Below are positions 26,478 to 39,745 of a stretch of 39,745 nucleotides of DNA, piece by piece. The DNA is taken from contig JBCCHT010000069.1 in assembly GCA_039028615.1 (NCBI GenBank), positions 1 through 39,745 on the forward strand, written 5' to 3'. Positions within the stretch are counted from its first letter, which is position 1. Every line of letters begins with the position of its first letter. Origin of the DNA: Myxococcota bacterium (GTDB taxonomy: Bacteria; Myxococcota_A; Polyangia; Nannocystales; Nannocystaceae). The position numbers and the translations under genes are program-made. The notes beneath the pieces were generated by a model that saw only the letters and a program-made list of their open reading frames with translations, searched no databases and was not told the DNA's origin.

Positions 26478-28145
26478 ATGAACCATATCGATCGACGCAT
26501 CTTGGCAACCGCGGGCTTGGCCCTGGGCATCGTACTCGGGGCGGGCTGCCCCGGAGACGACGGCGGGGTCCAAGACACCGACCCGGCGACCACCACCGGG
26601 CCGAGCTTGTGCGGCGGAGGCCAGGTGACGTGCCCCGATGGCACCTGCCACGCGCCCGCGCCCGGCGTGTGCTGTGGCTTCGGCGGCCTGTGTCCCAACA
26701 ACGACGACACCGCGGCCGACCCCACCAACATCACGACGCCGACCACCACCATTCCGCCGACGTCGACGCTGCCCACCAATCCCACGGACCCGACCAACCC
26801 CACCAACCCGACCAACCCCACGACGGACGTGACCGTCACCGACTCGACGACCGACGAGTCCACGACCAGCACCACCACGGGGGACGAGAGCACGAGCACG
26901 GGCATGACCGGGCCCGAGGGTTGCTACGACCCGCTCATCTATCCCTACGACGGCGCGCTGTGTGGCCCCGCGGGCAACCCCTGCGTCGTGCAGGACTCCG
27001 AGACCATCGAGCCCATGGCCGTGGCGCGCAACGGCGAGCCCGCGATCTCGGTCGACGACGACTGTGCGCCCGCCGTGCTGCTGTCGCAGTCGGTCGGCGG
27101 TGCGCTCGGGTTCTTCGCCCAGCGCACGGGCGTGGACACCTGGGACGTGCAGGGCACCACCTTCCCGCTCGTGCAGGGCGGCCTCGACTACGACCCCGCC
27201 ACCGATTTTTGGTACGCGGCGGTCTACGAGGGTGGCTTCGACACCTCGGCCCGGATCTACGACGGCATGTGGAACGCGGGAGACCCCTTGGTCGGCAACT
27301 TCTCGCTCACCACCAAGTCCACGGGCGCCACCGGTGACGACCAGCTCCACGCGATCGTCTCCGAGCCCGGGGTCGGCCTCTCGGTCACCGGGTGGGACGC
27401 GGGCTGGGCCGCGGCGGCCCCGGTCGGCGGCGCCAACGACCTGGGCGCATCGCTGGCCGTGGCCGAAGACGGCAGCTACTGGTTCACCTACTGGGCGCAG
27501 GGCGCTCCCGACCCCGTGCTCCGCTTCCTCAACGACTCGGGCGTCAACGAGACGGTCACCCCCTACGGCGCCGCGGCGGTCTCGAACGCGATCATCCAGG
27601 AGATCACGCTGACCTCGGCCGGGGGCACGCCCGAGCCCCACGTGCTCGCGGGGACCGAGACCGGCCCCGACGGCCGCGTGCAGGTGCAGTACCTACGTCG
27701 CGACGGAGCCGACATGTGGAACAGCTTCGTGGTCGCCTCCGAGGACCCCACCGGGGAGACCTTCTGCGAGGACCAACCGATGGGCCCGGGCGAGTTCTGC
27801 ACGCTCGACTTCACCACGTACCGACCGCTGACCATCGTCTCCAGCCAAAACGGCGACGTGCGCTGGCTCTTCAGCGAGACGCACGCGTTGGTCGAGTTCG
27901 CGTCGGAGTGCACGCCCGATTGCGCCTGGACGCCGCTGGCCGACAACAGCACCTACACCACGCACCTCGGCTGGCTCGAGGGTGGCGTGCCGCAGCAGGT
28001 CGCCATCTTGCCCGACACTCGCTTGGTCCGCGCCAACGCCATCGTCGACGGCCTGGGCGACATTCACGTCGTCGCCTACGCCGATGCGATTCCCGACACC
28101 GTGGACTCGGGCTTGACCGTCGAGTACTTCCGCATCGCGCCATGA
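26478..28145 (+). CDS. lipoprotein with Cys-rich segment, PTN/Thr-rich linker and a beta-rich (propeller-like) domain
   Basis: Signal peptide ending LGAGC; Thr-rich linker; acidic beta-rich C-terminal region; ATGA-coupled to the next gene. Confidence 0.8.
   Translation: MNHIDRRILATAGLALGIVLGAGCPGDDGGVQDTDPATTTGPSLCGGGQVTCPDGTCHAPAPGVCCGFGGLCPNNDDTAADPTNITTPTTTIPPTSTLPTNPTDPTNPTNPTNPTTDVTVTDSTTDESTTSTTTGDESTSTGMTGPEGCYDPLIYPYDGALCGPAGNPCVVQDSETIEPMAVARNGEPAISVDDDCAPAVLLSQSVGGALGFFAQRTGVDTWDVQGTTFPLVQGGLDYDPATDFWYAAVYEGGFDTSARIYDGMWNAGDPLVGNFSLTTKSTGATGDDQLHAIVSEPGVGLSVTGWDAGWAAAAPVGGANDLGASLAVAEDGSYWFTYWAQGAPDPVLRFLNDSGVNETVTPYGAAAVSNAIIQEITLTSAGGTPEPHVLAGTETGPDGRVQVQYLRRDGADMWNSFVVASEDPTGETFCEDQPMGPGEFCTLDFTTYRPLTIVSSQNGDVRWLFSETHALVEFASECTPDCAWTPLADNSTYTTHLGWLEGGVPQQVAILPDTRLVRANAIVDGLGDIHVVAYADAIPDTVDSGLTVEYFRIAP
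26772..26825 (+). repeat. 9-bp coding tandem repeat (PTN/PTD x6)
   Basis: cccaccaat cccacggac ccgaccaac cccaccaac ccgaccaac cccacgacg. Confidence 0.8.
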
Positions 28146-28651
28146 CCCACTTCCTCGCCCAGATCATCGACCAGGCCGAAGGCTTCGTGCTCATCGGCGA
28201 CTCCTCGCAGGATCGCTTCCCCGGCTTTTCGTACAACGCGTATACGAAGGCCAACAAGCGCTTCTACTGCCTCGACATGGGCGGCCTGCGGGAGTCTCGA
28301 GGACCGACCAAGGGCGGCAAGGTCTACGCCTCGATCGACGAGCTCCCGGAGGATCACGACGACCTGGCCATCCTGTGGGTGAAGCCGCGCCGCTCCACCG
28401 AGGCGGTCGAGCTCGCCCACGAGGCGGGCTGCAAGCGCGTGTGGTTCAGCTTCCACACCGCGCACCCCAAGGCCATCGAGCGGGTGAACGAGCTGGGGAT
28501 GGAGGTCGTGGAGGTCGGGCGCTGCCCCATCTACTACCTCGACGGCGCTCCCCTGGCCTGCCGAATGCACGCCAAGGTCGTGGCGCTCAGCGGCACCGCC
28601 AAGCGACCGCCACAGCTGACCCTGGTCAAAGATCAGCGGATCATGCTCTGA
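28142..28651 (+). CDS. CoA-binding domain protein (YccU-like)
   Basis: VLIGDS, KVYASIDELPE..DLAILWV, GCKRVWF, GMEVV..RCP match the YccU-like Rossmann pattern. Confidence 0.75.
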   Translation: MTHFLAQIIDQAEGFVLIGDSSQDRFPGFSYNAYTKANKRFYCLDMGGLRESRGPTKGGKVYASIDELPEDHDDLAILWVKPRRSTEAVELAHEAGCKRVWFSFHTAHPKAIERVNELGMEVVEVGRCPIYYLDGAPLACRMHAKVVALSGTAKRPPQLTLVKDQRIML

Positions 28652-28660
28652 GCCGACCCG

Positions 28661-28686
28661 GGCTGGCCCCCGCTCGAGGGCCAGCC
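28661..28686. terminator. GC-rich hairpin between convergent genes
   Basis: ggctggccc-8 nt-gggccagcc, a 9-bp stem between stops at 28651 (+) and 28700 (-); no adjacent U-tract. Confidence 0.4.
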
Positions 28687-28699
28687 TGCACGACGATTT

Positions 28700-29842
28700 T
28701 CAGCGAGCGCGGGCGCGCCCGTTTCGACGGCGCACGAAGCCGAGGCCCGCCACGAACATCAACCAGGGCAAGCCGCTGGGCGCAGACTGGGTGCGGCACG
28801 AGCAGCCGGACCCACCGTCGTCGGTGTCGCCACCGGGCAGCGCGTTGGTCCCGGCTTCGCCCGCGGTCGCGTCCATGTCGCCCGTGGTGCCGCCTCCGGC
28901 CTCGCCGTCAGTGCCGTCGGCCGGCTCGCCGCCTTCTTCGCCAGACTCGTCGCCCTCGTCTCCGCCGCTGGTCGACCCGGGGTCCTCCTGGGTGGTGGCG
29001 ACGTAGTAGATGGCGTTGGCCAGGATCTGGAAGTTGTTGCCGTCGACGTCGTCGAGCGCGGCCGGCTGGTACTCGCCCGGCTGATAGAAGAACACGTGCC
29101 CGCCCCAGCCGGAGCGGTGCAGGTCGTAGCCCAGCACGCGGGCCATGCCTCCGCCCGCGCCCGCGCTGGTGAAGACGATGGTGCGGTCTTCACCGCCCTG
29201 CTCGATGAGCGAAGTCTGGTCGTAGCGCTCGTCGGGGGCGTTGTTGAAGAAGGGATAGTCGCCCTGCGCCACCCCGGCGCCCGAGAAGGTCCGGTTGCCC
29301 GAGTACTCGACGCTCTGCGTGGCCACGAAGTGGTCGGCGACCGCGATCACGTCTTGGCCCGCCGCCTCGTCCCACGCGATGGTGTCCGCGCGACCGCCCA
29401 ACAGCGCCAGGACGTCCTCTTTGCCGTCGGCGCGGAAGATGCCGTGGTGGAAGACCACGATGCCGCCACCGCCCATGAGGTGGCTTTCGAACGCGGCGGT
29501 GAGCTCCGTCTGCCGCGGACTCCCGTCGCAGCCCAGGGCCGCCAGGTGGGCGAAGTACACGATGACGTCGACGCCTTCGGTCAAGACCGTGAGGCCTTCG
29601 TCGACGCACTGGCTGTCGACCCCCGTGACCGACGCGATGTTCAACCCATTGCCCGCGCCCGAGAGCGCCGCCACCAGGTCGTCGGGCTGCGTGAGGTCGG
29701 GCGCCGCCAAGCGATGCGGGTTGACCTCGTCTCCCACCACCAGGATGCGCAGCGGATCGTGCTCGGGCAGCTCGGCCGCATCGGCCACCGACGGCGCGGC
29801 CACGAGCGCCGCCGCTCCAAGGAACTTCAGCAAGCTAGACAC
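28700..29842 (-). CDS. secreted ThuA-like (class I glutamine amidotransferase-fold) protein with MYXO-CTERM-type sorting signal
   Basis: Signal peptide (LGAAALVAAPSVADA); DVIVYF, GGGIVVFHH, DERY, GHVFFYQPG, ILANAIYY; tail GCSCRT..LPWLMFVAGLGFVRRR. Confidence 0.78.
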   Translation of the reverse strand: MSSLLKFLGAAALVAAPSVADAAELPEHDPLRILVVGDEVNPHRLAAPDLTQPDDLVAALSGAGNGLNIASVTGVDSQCVDEGLTVLTEGVDVIVYFAHLAALGCDGSPRQTELTAAFESHLMGGGGIVVFHHGIFRADGKEDVLALLGGRADTIAWDEAAGQDVIAVADHFVATQSVEYSGNRTFSGAGVAQGDYPFFNNAPDERYDQTSLIEQGGEDRTIVFTSAGAGGGMARVLGYDLHRSGWGGHVFFYQPGEYQPAALDDVDGNNFQILANAIYYVATTQEDPGSTSGGDEGDESGEEGGEPADGTDGEAGGGTTGDMDATAGEAGTNALPGGDTDDGGSGCSCRTQSAPSGLPWLMFVAGLGFVRRRNGRARAR

Positions 29843-30029
29843 GCCGAGACCGTAGCACTCGGATCGTGGACACAGGGAGTCCGGCGACCTCACTCACAGT
29901 CACGTGATGTGACCTATCCGCATCGTCGACATGTCGTCGGGGAATCGACTCCGACCGTGGCAACCGCCGCTGAACACCGATCCGACTGGCCTCCGTGGCT
30001 CGGCCCTCGGCGGGCGCTACGATGGCTCC

Positions 30030-30203
30030 ATGCTCCCGGACCCACAATGCCCCACCGAGGACCAAGACCCCGCCTCCGAGTCCGAGCCTGCGGCCGACAA
30101 TGATCCGCCCACGCCAGACGACAAGCCCAAGCGGACGCGCCCCCGCTTCGACTACGTCCGCGATACCAACGATCCGCTCGCGGGCATCGACGACGACGTC
30201 TGA
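30030..30203 (+). CDS. small hypothetical protein (57 aa; ORF is open from 29931)
   Basis: Fills the gap between genes and ends 8 bp from a convergent stop; TACGAT 6 nt before the ATG; C-terminus RPRFDYVRDTNDPLAGIDDDV. Confidence 0.45.
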   Translation: MLPDPQCPTEDQDPASESEPAADNDPPTPDDKPKRTRPRFDYVRDTNDPLAGIDDDV

Positions 30204-30211
30204 CCGACGGC

Positions 30212-31222
30212 TCAGGCCTCGCCGAGGACGCGCGGCGGCGTCCACAGGCGTTCGGAGCCGCGCTGCCACACCGCGGCCCAGCTGGGATCGGGCGGCCCCG
30301 GATCTTCGAAGCGCTCGACGAGCCCATTGTCCGCCATGCGCTCGGCCAACGCGATCGTCTCCTCGGGCGTGAGCAGGGCGCGCCGACACAGGTCGCGCAA
30401 TCGATCGACCAAGTCGCTGGCGGGCAGGCCCCGTTGCCGCAGGTCCTCGGCGACGCGCACCGCCCCCGCCAACGAGATGCTGCCCTCGTGCATCAGCACG
30501 GCGGCCATCTGAAACGCCCCGTGACAGCCGATCACGCCGGGCCCGAAGTCCTTGAAGTACTCCGGGTCGTCGTGTCGCTCCATGCGGATATAGGCCCGCT
30601 TGACGCCCTCGGTCGGCGGCTGGTCGCGCGTCGCCCGGGCGATGGCGTCGGCGTCTCCCCCGTACACGCCGTTGAGCTGCAGAATCCGCGAGATGTCGTT
30701 GGCCGGGATGCGCCGCGCCAGCAGGTCGGCATAAAGCGCAAAGGTCAACGGGTCCGTCTCGAGGTCGTCGCCGACGAGGTTCTCGATGGCTCCGGTGGGC
30801 AGCTCCGCGCGACTGGCCAGCAGCGCGGTCATCTTGAAGCCCACCTGCTCGCGCAATCGCTTGAGCCGAAGCCGTCGGAACACCGCGCTCCAGTTCTTGA
30901 AGGTCGTGCCGTCGAAGCCGATGCCGTCGAGCATCATCTTGCGCTCGATGACCGGTCGTAGCTGCGCGGGGCTGGCCGAGACGAAGTACAGCGGCGTCTC
31001 GCGGCGCTCGCTCTGGGGGCCGCGGCGAATCTCGCGAAACAGCCGCGCCATCCCGGCGATGTCTTTTTTGTCGGCCGCGCTCTCGAACGGGATCCGAGCC
31101 AACCCCTTCATGCTCGAGATCTGGGTGGCGAGGTACGTCCGATCGATGTCGGCAATGAACACCTCGCCCTCCCAATCGGGATCGAGCGTGCGGTAGTTCG
31201 CCCGGTGGATCGGAAAGCTCAC
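30212..31222 (-). CDS. HAD-superfamily phosphatase, App1/LNS2 (phosphatidate phosphatase)-like
   Basis: Motif I ADIDRT (DxDxT), motif II YFVSASP, Lys in VGFK, motif IV LVGDDLETD. Confidence 0.78.
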   Translation of the reverse strand: MSFPIHRANYRTLDPDWEGEVFIADIDRTYLATQISSMKGLARIPFESAADKKDIAGMARLFREIRRGPQSERRETPLYFVSASPAQLRPVIERKMMLDGIGFDGTTFKNWSAVFRRLRLKRLREQVGFKMTALLASRAELPTGAIENLVGDDLETDPLTFALYADLLARRIPANDISRILQLNGVYGGDADAIARATRDQPPTEGVKRAYIRMERHDDPEYFKDFGPGVIGCHGAFQMAAVLMHEGSISLAGAVRVAEDLRQRGLPASDLVDRLRDLCRRALLTPEETIALAERMADNGLVERFEDPGPPDPSWAAVWQRGSERLWTPPRVLGEA

Positions 31223-31306
31223 GACTCGAAGGCACGCCTACCAAACCCCTGCCCCGAACGCCAGCGATCGCGAACACGCGCCCCCCCTCGCGCTATGCTC
31301 GTGAGC

Positions 31307-32188
31307 ATGGCTTACGCAACACGGTGGATGACGCTGGGCGCGCTCGCGCTCGCCCTGGGCTGCGGGGATGACGGATCCAACGGCCGCCCGGGGGCGAATG
31401 GCTCGGGCACGGGGGTCCCGAGCGCAGCGACGACCACCCTCGCCACCGAGGGCTCCAGCGGCGCCGCCACACCGTCGGCCGACGACACCACGACCGCCGA
31501 CGACACCACGGACGGCACCACCGCGAGCGGCACCACCGAGGAGCCCGGCAGTAGCGAAGGCTCGGACTCCACGGGCCCGGGCGCGAAGGGCTGCCCCGCC
31601 GACCACGTGTGCTTCGAGCTCGAGGGCGAGTTCCACGTGCCGACGCCCGAAGATCCCACCGCGATCTACGACATTCCGCTGCCGCCCGGCGTGGACTACC
31701 GCGTGGTCGAGGTTCAGCTCGAATTCGACCACACGGGCTGGTACCCGGACGACCCGGCGGGGCTGCACAACATCTTTTGGCTGCACCGCGGGACCTTCGC
31801 GGACTTCACCTGGGTGGGCGGTGTGGTGGGCTACGTCAACGCCCGCGGCCCCGGGACCAACATCATCCGCACCCGCCACGACCTCGACGTCACCGACCTG
31901 GCCGACTCCCGCACCTTCAACATCAACGGCGTGGCCCTGGCCGACACGCACACCTACCAGGTCTTCTATCGCTACGACACGATCGCGGGCGAGGTGCTCG
32001 TCGAGATCCACGAGGGTGAGATGCTCGTCGCCCAGGGCACCGACGTCCCCACCACCGATCTCGTGCGCAACACCGAGGACAGCCTGTTCATCTGGCTGGG
32101 CAACGGCACTGATGTCGAGGCGCCCGGGCCCGAGGTGCCCTCGCTGGGCTGGCGCTTCCGCGACCTACGGGTCGAGCTGATTCCGTGA
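31307..32188 (+). CDS. lipoprotein with Thr/Ser-rich linker and beta-sandwich-like C-terminal domain
   Basis: LGALALALGCGDD lipobox; low-complexity linker; beta-rich domain ending GWRFRDLRVELIP. Confidence 0.8.
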   Translation: MAYATRWMTLGALALALGCGDDGSNGRPGANGSGTGVPSAATTTLATEGSSGAATPSADDTTTADDTTDGTTASGTTEEPGSSEGSDSTGPGAKGCPADHVCFELEGEFHVPTPEDPTAIYDIPLPPGVDYRVVEVQLEFDHTGWYPDDPAGLHNIFWLHRGTFADFTWVGGVVGYVNARGPGTNIIRTRHDLDVTDLADSRTFNINGVALADTHTYQVFYRYDTIAGEVLVEIHEGEMLVAQGTDVPTTDLVRNTEDSLFIWLGNGTDVEAPGPEVPSLGWRFRDLRVELIP

Positions 32189-32240
32189 TCGGTCCCGGTC
32201 GGGAATCGATCGGCGCGCTATCGTGTCGTCCTCGCTCCCG

Positions 32241-33239
32241 ATGGCATTCCGCGACGACCTCCGCCCCCTCTCCATCCCCCAGGACCCGCTCCAGCGCTTC
32301 GTCGAGCTCCACGATGCGCTCGACGCCGATCGGGGCTGGCTCGGTGACCGCGTGCCCCTGCGCTACGCCGCGATCACCATGCTGACCACCCCGGGGGACG
32401 CGGGCGCCATTGCCGACTCGATCCGCGAGTTTCATGCCGACTTCGGGGCGCGGCTCAAGTGGTACAGCGGCATCGACAGCTCCATTCGCATGGTGCTCGC
32501 CGCCCAGCTGGTGAAGTACGGCGACACCCCGGCGGCCTTCCTCGCCGAGGTCGATCGCGTGCGGGCGATGTTCCGCGACCAGGGCCTGCGCCGGGGCGGC
32601 GTGTACGAGGTCTTGGGCGCACTCGTGCTTCGTCGGGCCTTGCGGGGGCAGATGGCGATGCCCAACCACGTGGCCCGCTTCAGCGAAATCTACGCCCAGC
32701 TCAAGCGCCACCACTGGTTCCTCACCGGGCCCGACGACTATCCCGCCTGCGCGATGCTGATGGGGCTCCCGGGTACCCCGGCCGACATCGGTGACGGGGT
32801 CGAAGCGGTCTACCAGGCTCTGCGCCGCGACGCCGACCTCTGGCGCGGAGATGCCCTCCAGACCGCCTCCAACGTGCTTTATCTCAGCGGCATGCGCCCC
32901 GAGGAAATCGCCCGCCGCTTCGCCGAGCTCGCGGCGGAGCTGAAGGCGGCCGGCTATCGAGTGGGTCAGAAGGACTACGACGAGGTCGCCGTCTTGTGCT
33001 TCCTCGCGGCGCCCGCCCGCAAGCTGGTCGAGGTCGTGATGAGCTACCAGCGGACGATCCGCGACTCGCTCGAGTGGGTCGATCGAGCGATGGGTCTGTC
33101 CCTCGCCGCGTCGCTGGCGTTCGTGCGGTTGGTCGGTGAGCACGAGCAACTCGGCCCGCTGGCGGACGCCAAGCTCATGCTCGACATGCAGGCGATCGTG
33201 GCCGCTCGGCAGGCCGCTGCGGCGGCAGCCGCCTCCTGA
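32241..33239 (+). CDS. DUF4003-like helical protein (alternative GTG start at 32223)
   Basis: IYAQLKRHHWFLTGPDDYPACAML, GDALQTASNVL and a poly-Ala C-terminus, recognised from memory of the family. Confidence 0.65.
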   Translation: MAFRDDLRPLSIPQDPLQRFVELHDALDADRGWLGDRVPLRYAAITMLTTPGDAGAIADSIREFHADFGARLKWYSGIDSSIRMVLAAQLVKYGDTPAAFLAEVDRVRAMFRDQGLRRGGVYEVLGALVLRRALRGQMAMPNHVARFSEIYAQLKRHHWFLTGPDDYPACAMLMGLPGTPADIGDGVEAVYQALRRDADLWRGDALQTASNVLYLSGMRPEEIARRFAELAAELKAAGYRVGQKDYDEVAVLCFLAAPARKLVEVVMSYQRTIRDSLEWVDRAMGLSLAASLAFVRLVGEHEQLGPLADAKLMLDMQAIVAARQAAAAAAAS

Positions 33240-33342
33240 ACCCTCCCCGGCATGGTGACGGGCCCACGTCGGGGACTTCGCATGACAGCCCTGTTCGTGA
33301 AGGTGTGCCGACGGCCCAGAAGAAGTGGGCGGTGCCCTGCCC

Positions 33343-36447
<3,105 letters not shown>

Positions 36448-36450
36448 GGC

Positions 36451-38871
<2,421 letters not shown>

Positions 38872-39034
38872 GGCGGGATCTGCGGCCCCCGGCTCAGGGG
38901 CACACAGCAAGGACCGTCGCCTACGCGATCCAGCAGGTCCAATTTCTTGCATTTCCGAGCCGAGTGATCAGGGGCCCCTGCGACAAACGCGCAGACTAGA
39001 CGGGTTCTGCGCGGCCGCGCTATGGCACCAGGCA

Positions 39035-39637
39035 ATGAGCAACTTGTCGGTGGGTGATCTCGGCGCTGAGCGCCTTGTCCCGGAGGATCGCGAGCGCCTG
39101 CACGGCCACGGCGGGGCGTTGGTGTGGTTCACCGGTCTGTCCGGCGCCGGCAAGAGCACCGTCGCCAACCTCGTCGATCGCAAGCTCTACGAGCTGAAGC
39201 GTCACAGCGTGTTGCTGGACGGCGACCTGGTACGCACGGGCCTTTGTGGCGACCTGACCTTCTCCCCCGAGGACCGCACCGAGAACGTGCGGCGCATGGG
39301 CGAGGTGGGTCGGCTCTTCGCCCAGACCGGCGTGCTGGCGTTGATCGCCGTCATCGCCCCGTACAACGGCGCCCGCGAGGCCGCCCGCAAGCGCATGCGA
39401 GAGGGTCGCTTCGTCGAGGTCTTCGTCGACGCGCCGCTGTCCGTCTGCGAGAGCCGCGACGCCAAGGGCCTGTACGCCAAGGCTCGCGCGGGCGTCATCA
39501 CCAACTTCACCGGCATCGACGCCCCCTACGAGGCACCCACCCATCCCGAGGTGCACCTCGACAGCGGCGGCGGCAGCACGCCCGAGCAGCTCGCCGATCA
39601 GGTCATCGCCTACCTTCAGAGCAAGGGCCTGGCCTGA
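39035..39637 (+). CDS. cysC: adenylyl-sulfate (APS) kinase
   Basis: WFTGLSGAGKST, LLDGDLVR, DRTENVRR, RDAKGLY, FTGIDAPYEAP. Confidence 0.95.
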   Translation: MSNLSVGDLGAERLVPEDRERLHGHGGALVWFTGLSGAGKSTVANLVDRKLYELKRHSVLLDGDLVRTGLCGDLTFSPEDRTENVRRMGEVGRLFAQTGVLALIAVIAPYNGAREAARKRMREGRFVEVFVDAPLSVCESRDAKGLYAKARAGVITNFTGIDAPYEAPTHPEVHLDSGGGSTPEQLADQVIAYLQSKGLA

Positions 39638-39662
39638 GCGCCGACTCGGTCACGGCACCAAC

Positions 39663-39699
39663 AAAAACGACTCGCTGCATGCGCGGCGAGTCGTGTTTT
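39663..39699. terminator. probable bidirectional intrinsic terminator after cysC
   Basis: aaaa-acgactcgctgc-atgc-gcggcgagtcgt-gtttt: 12-bp stem (one G-U) with an A-run before and a T-run after. Confidence 0.7.
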
Positions 39700-39745
39700 A
39701 GGTGTGGGGTGCGGGTGAGCGCGGCGGCTCAGAGCATGTAGTTGC

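Noticed and set aside
26772..26890. Short tandem repeats as a possible CRISPR or non-coding array (also 5183-5260 and 34280-34375)
   Set aside because: Unit lengths are multiples of 3 with no unique spacers; they encode low-complexity lipoprotein linkers, and no cas genes are present.
39729..39745. 3' end of a convergent minus-strand gene (...NYML-stop)
   Set aside because: Only about five codons are visible, too little to call.

Overview
High-GC bacterial DNA, most likely from a myxobacterium, probably Nannocystaceae-like. This is inferred from a MYXO-CTERM-type sorting tail, many Ser/Thr-rich lipoproteins and a Pro-rich Ser/Thr kinase. The window is densely coding, with about 33 genes; I saw no rRNA, tRNA, CRISPR array or mobile element. 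Left arm: M16 peptidase (truncated by the window edge), agmatinase + deoxyhypusine-synthase-like pair, TerB-like protein, lipoprotein methyltransferase, Ser/Thr kinase, SRPBCC protein, LMW phosphatase + fructosamine kinase, and two hypotheticals. Centre (12.9-26.3 kb), the best candidate for an undescribed system: a minus-strand, carrier-protein-dependent enzyme operon encoding SDR, Cys-nucleophile alpha/beta hydrolase, GH3 acyl-amido synthetase, enolase-superfamily enzyme, ACP, AMP ligase and UbiD decarboxylase, followed by an orphan SdhA/NadB-fold flavoprotein. It sits back-to-back with L-lysine 6-aminotransferase and a Wzx-type flippase carrying a pseudo-receiver tail, and a perfect 22-bp palindrome lies in the shared intergenic region. 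Right arm: lipoproteins, CoA-binding protein, ThuA-like/MYXO-CTERM protein, HAD (App1-like) phosphatase, DUF4003-like protein, YVTN propeller, a type IIA topoisomerase pair in A-then-B order (B frameshifted, probably a sequencing error) and cysC. All family assignments come from motifs recognised by eye; no database searches were run.
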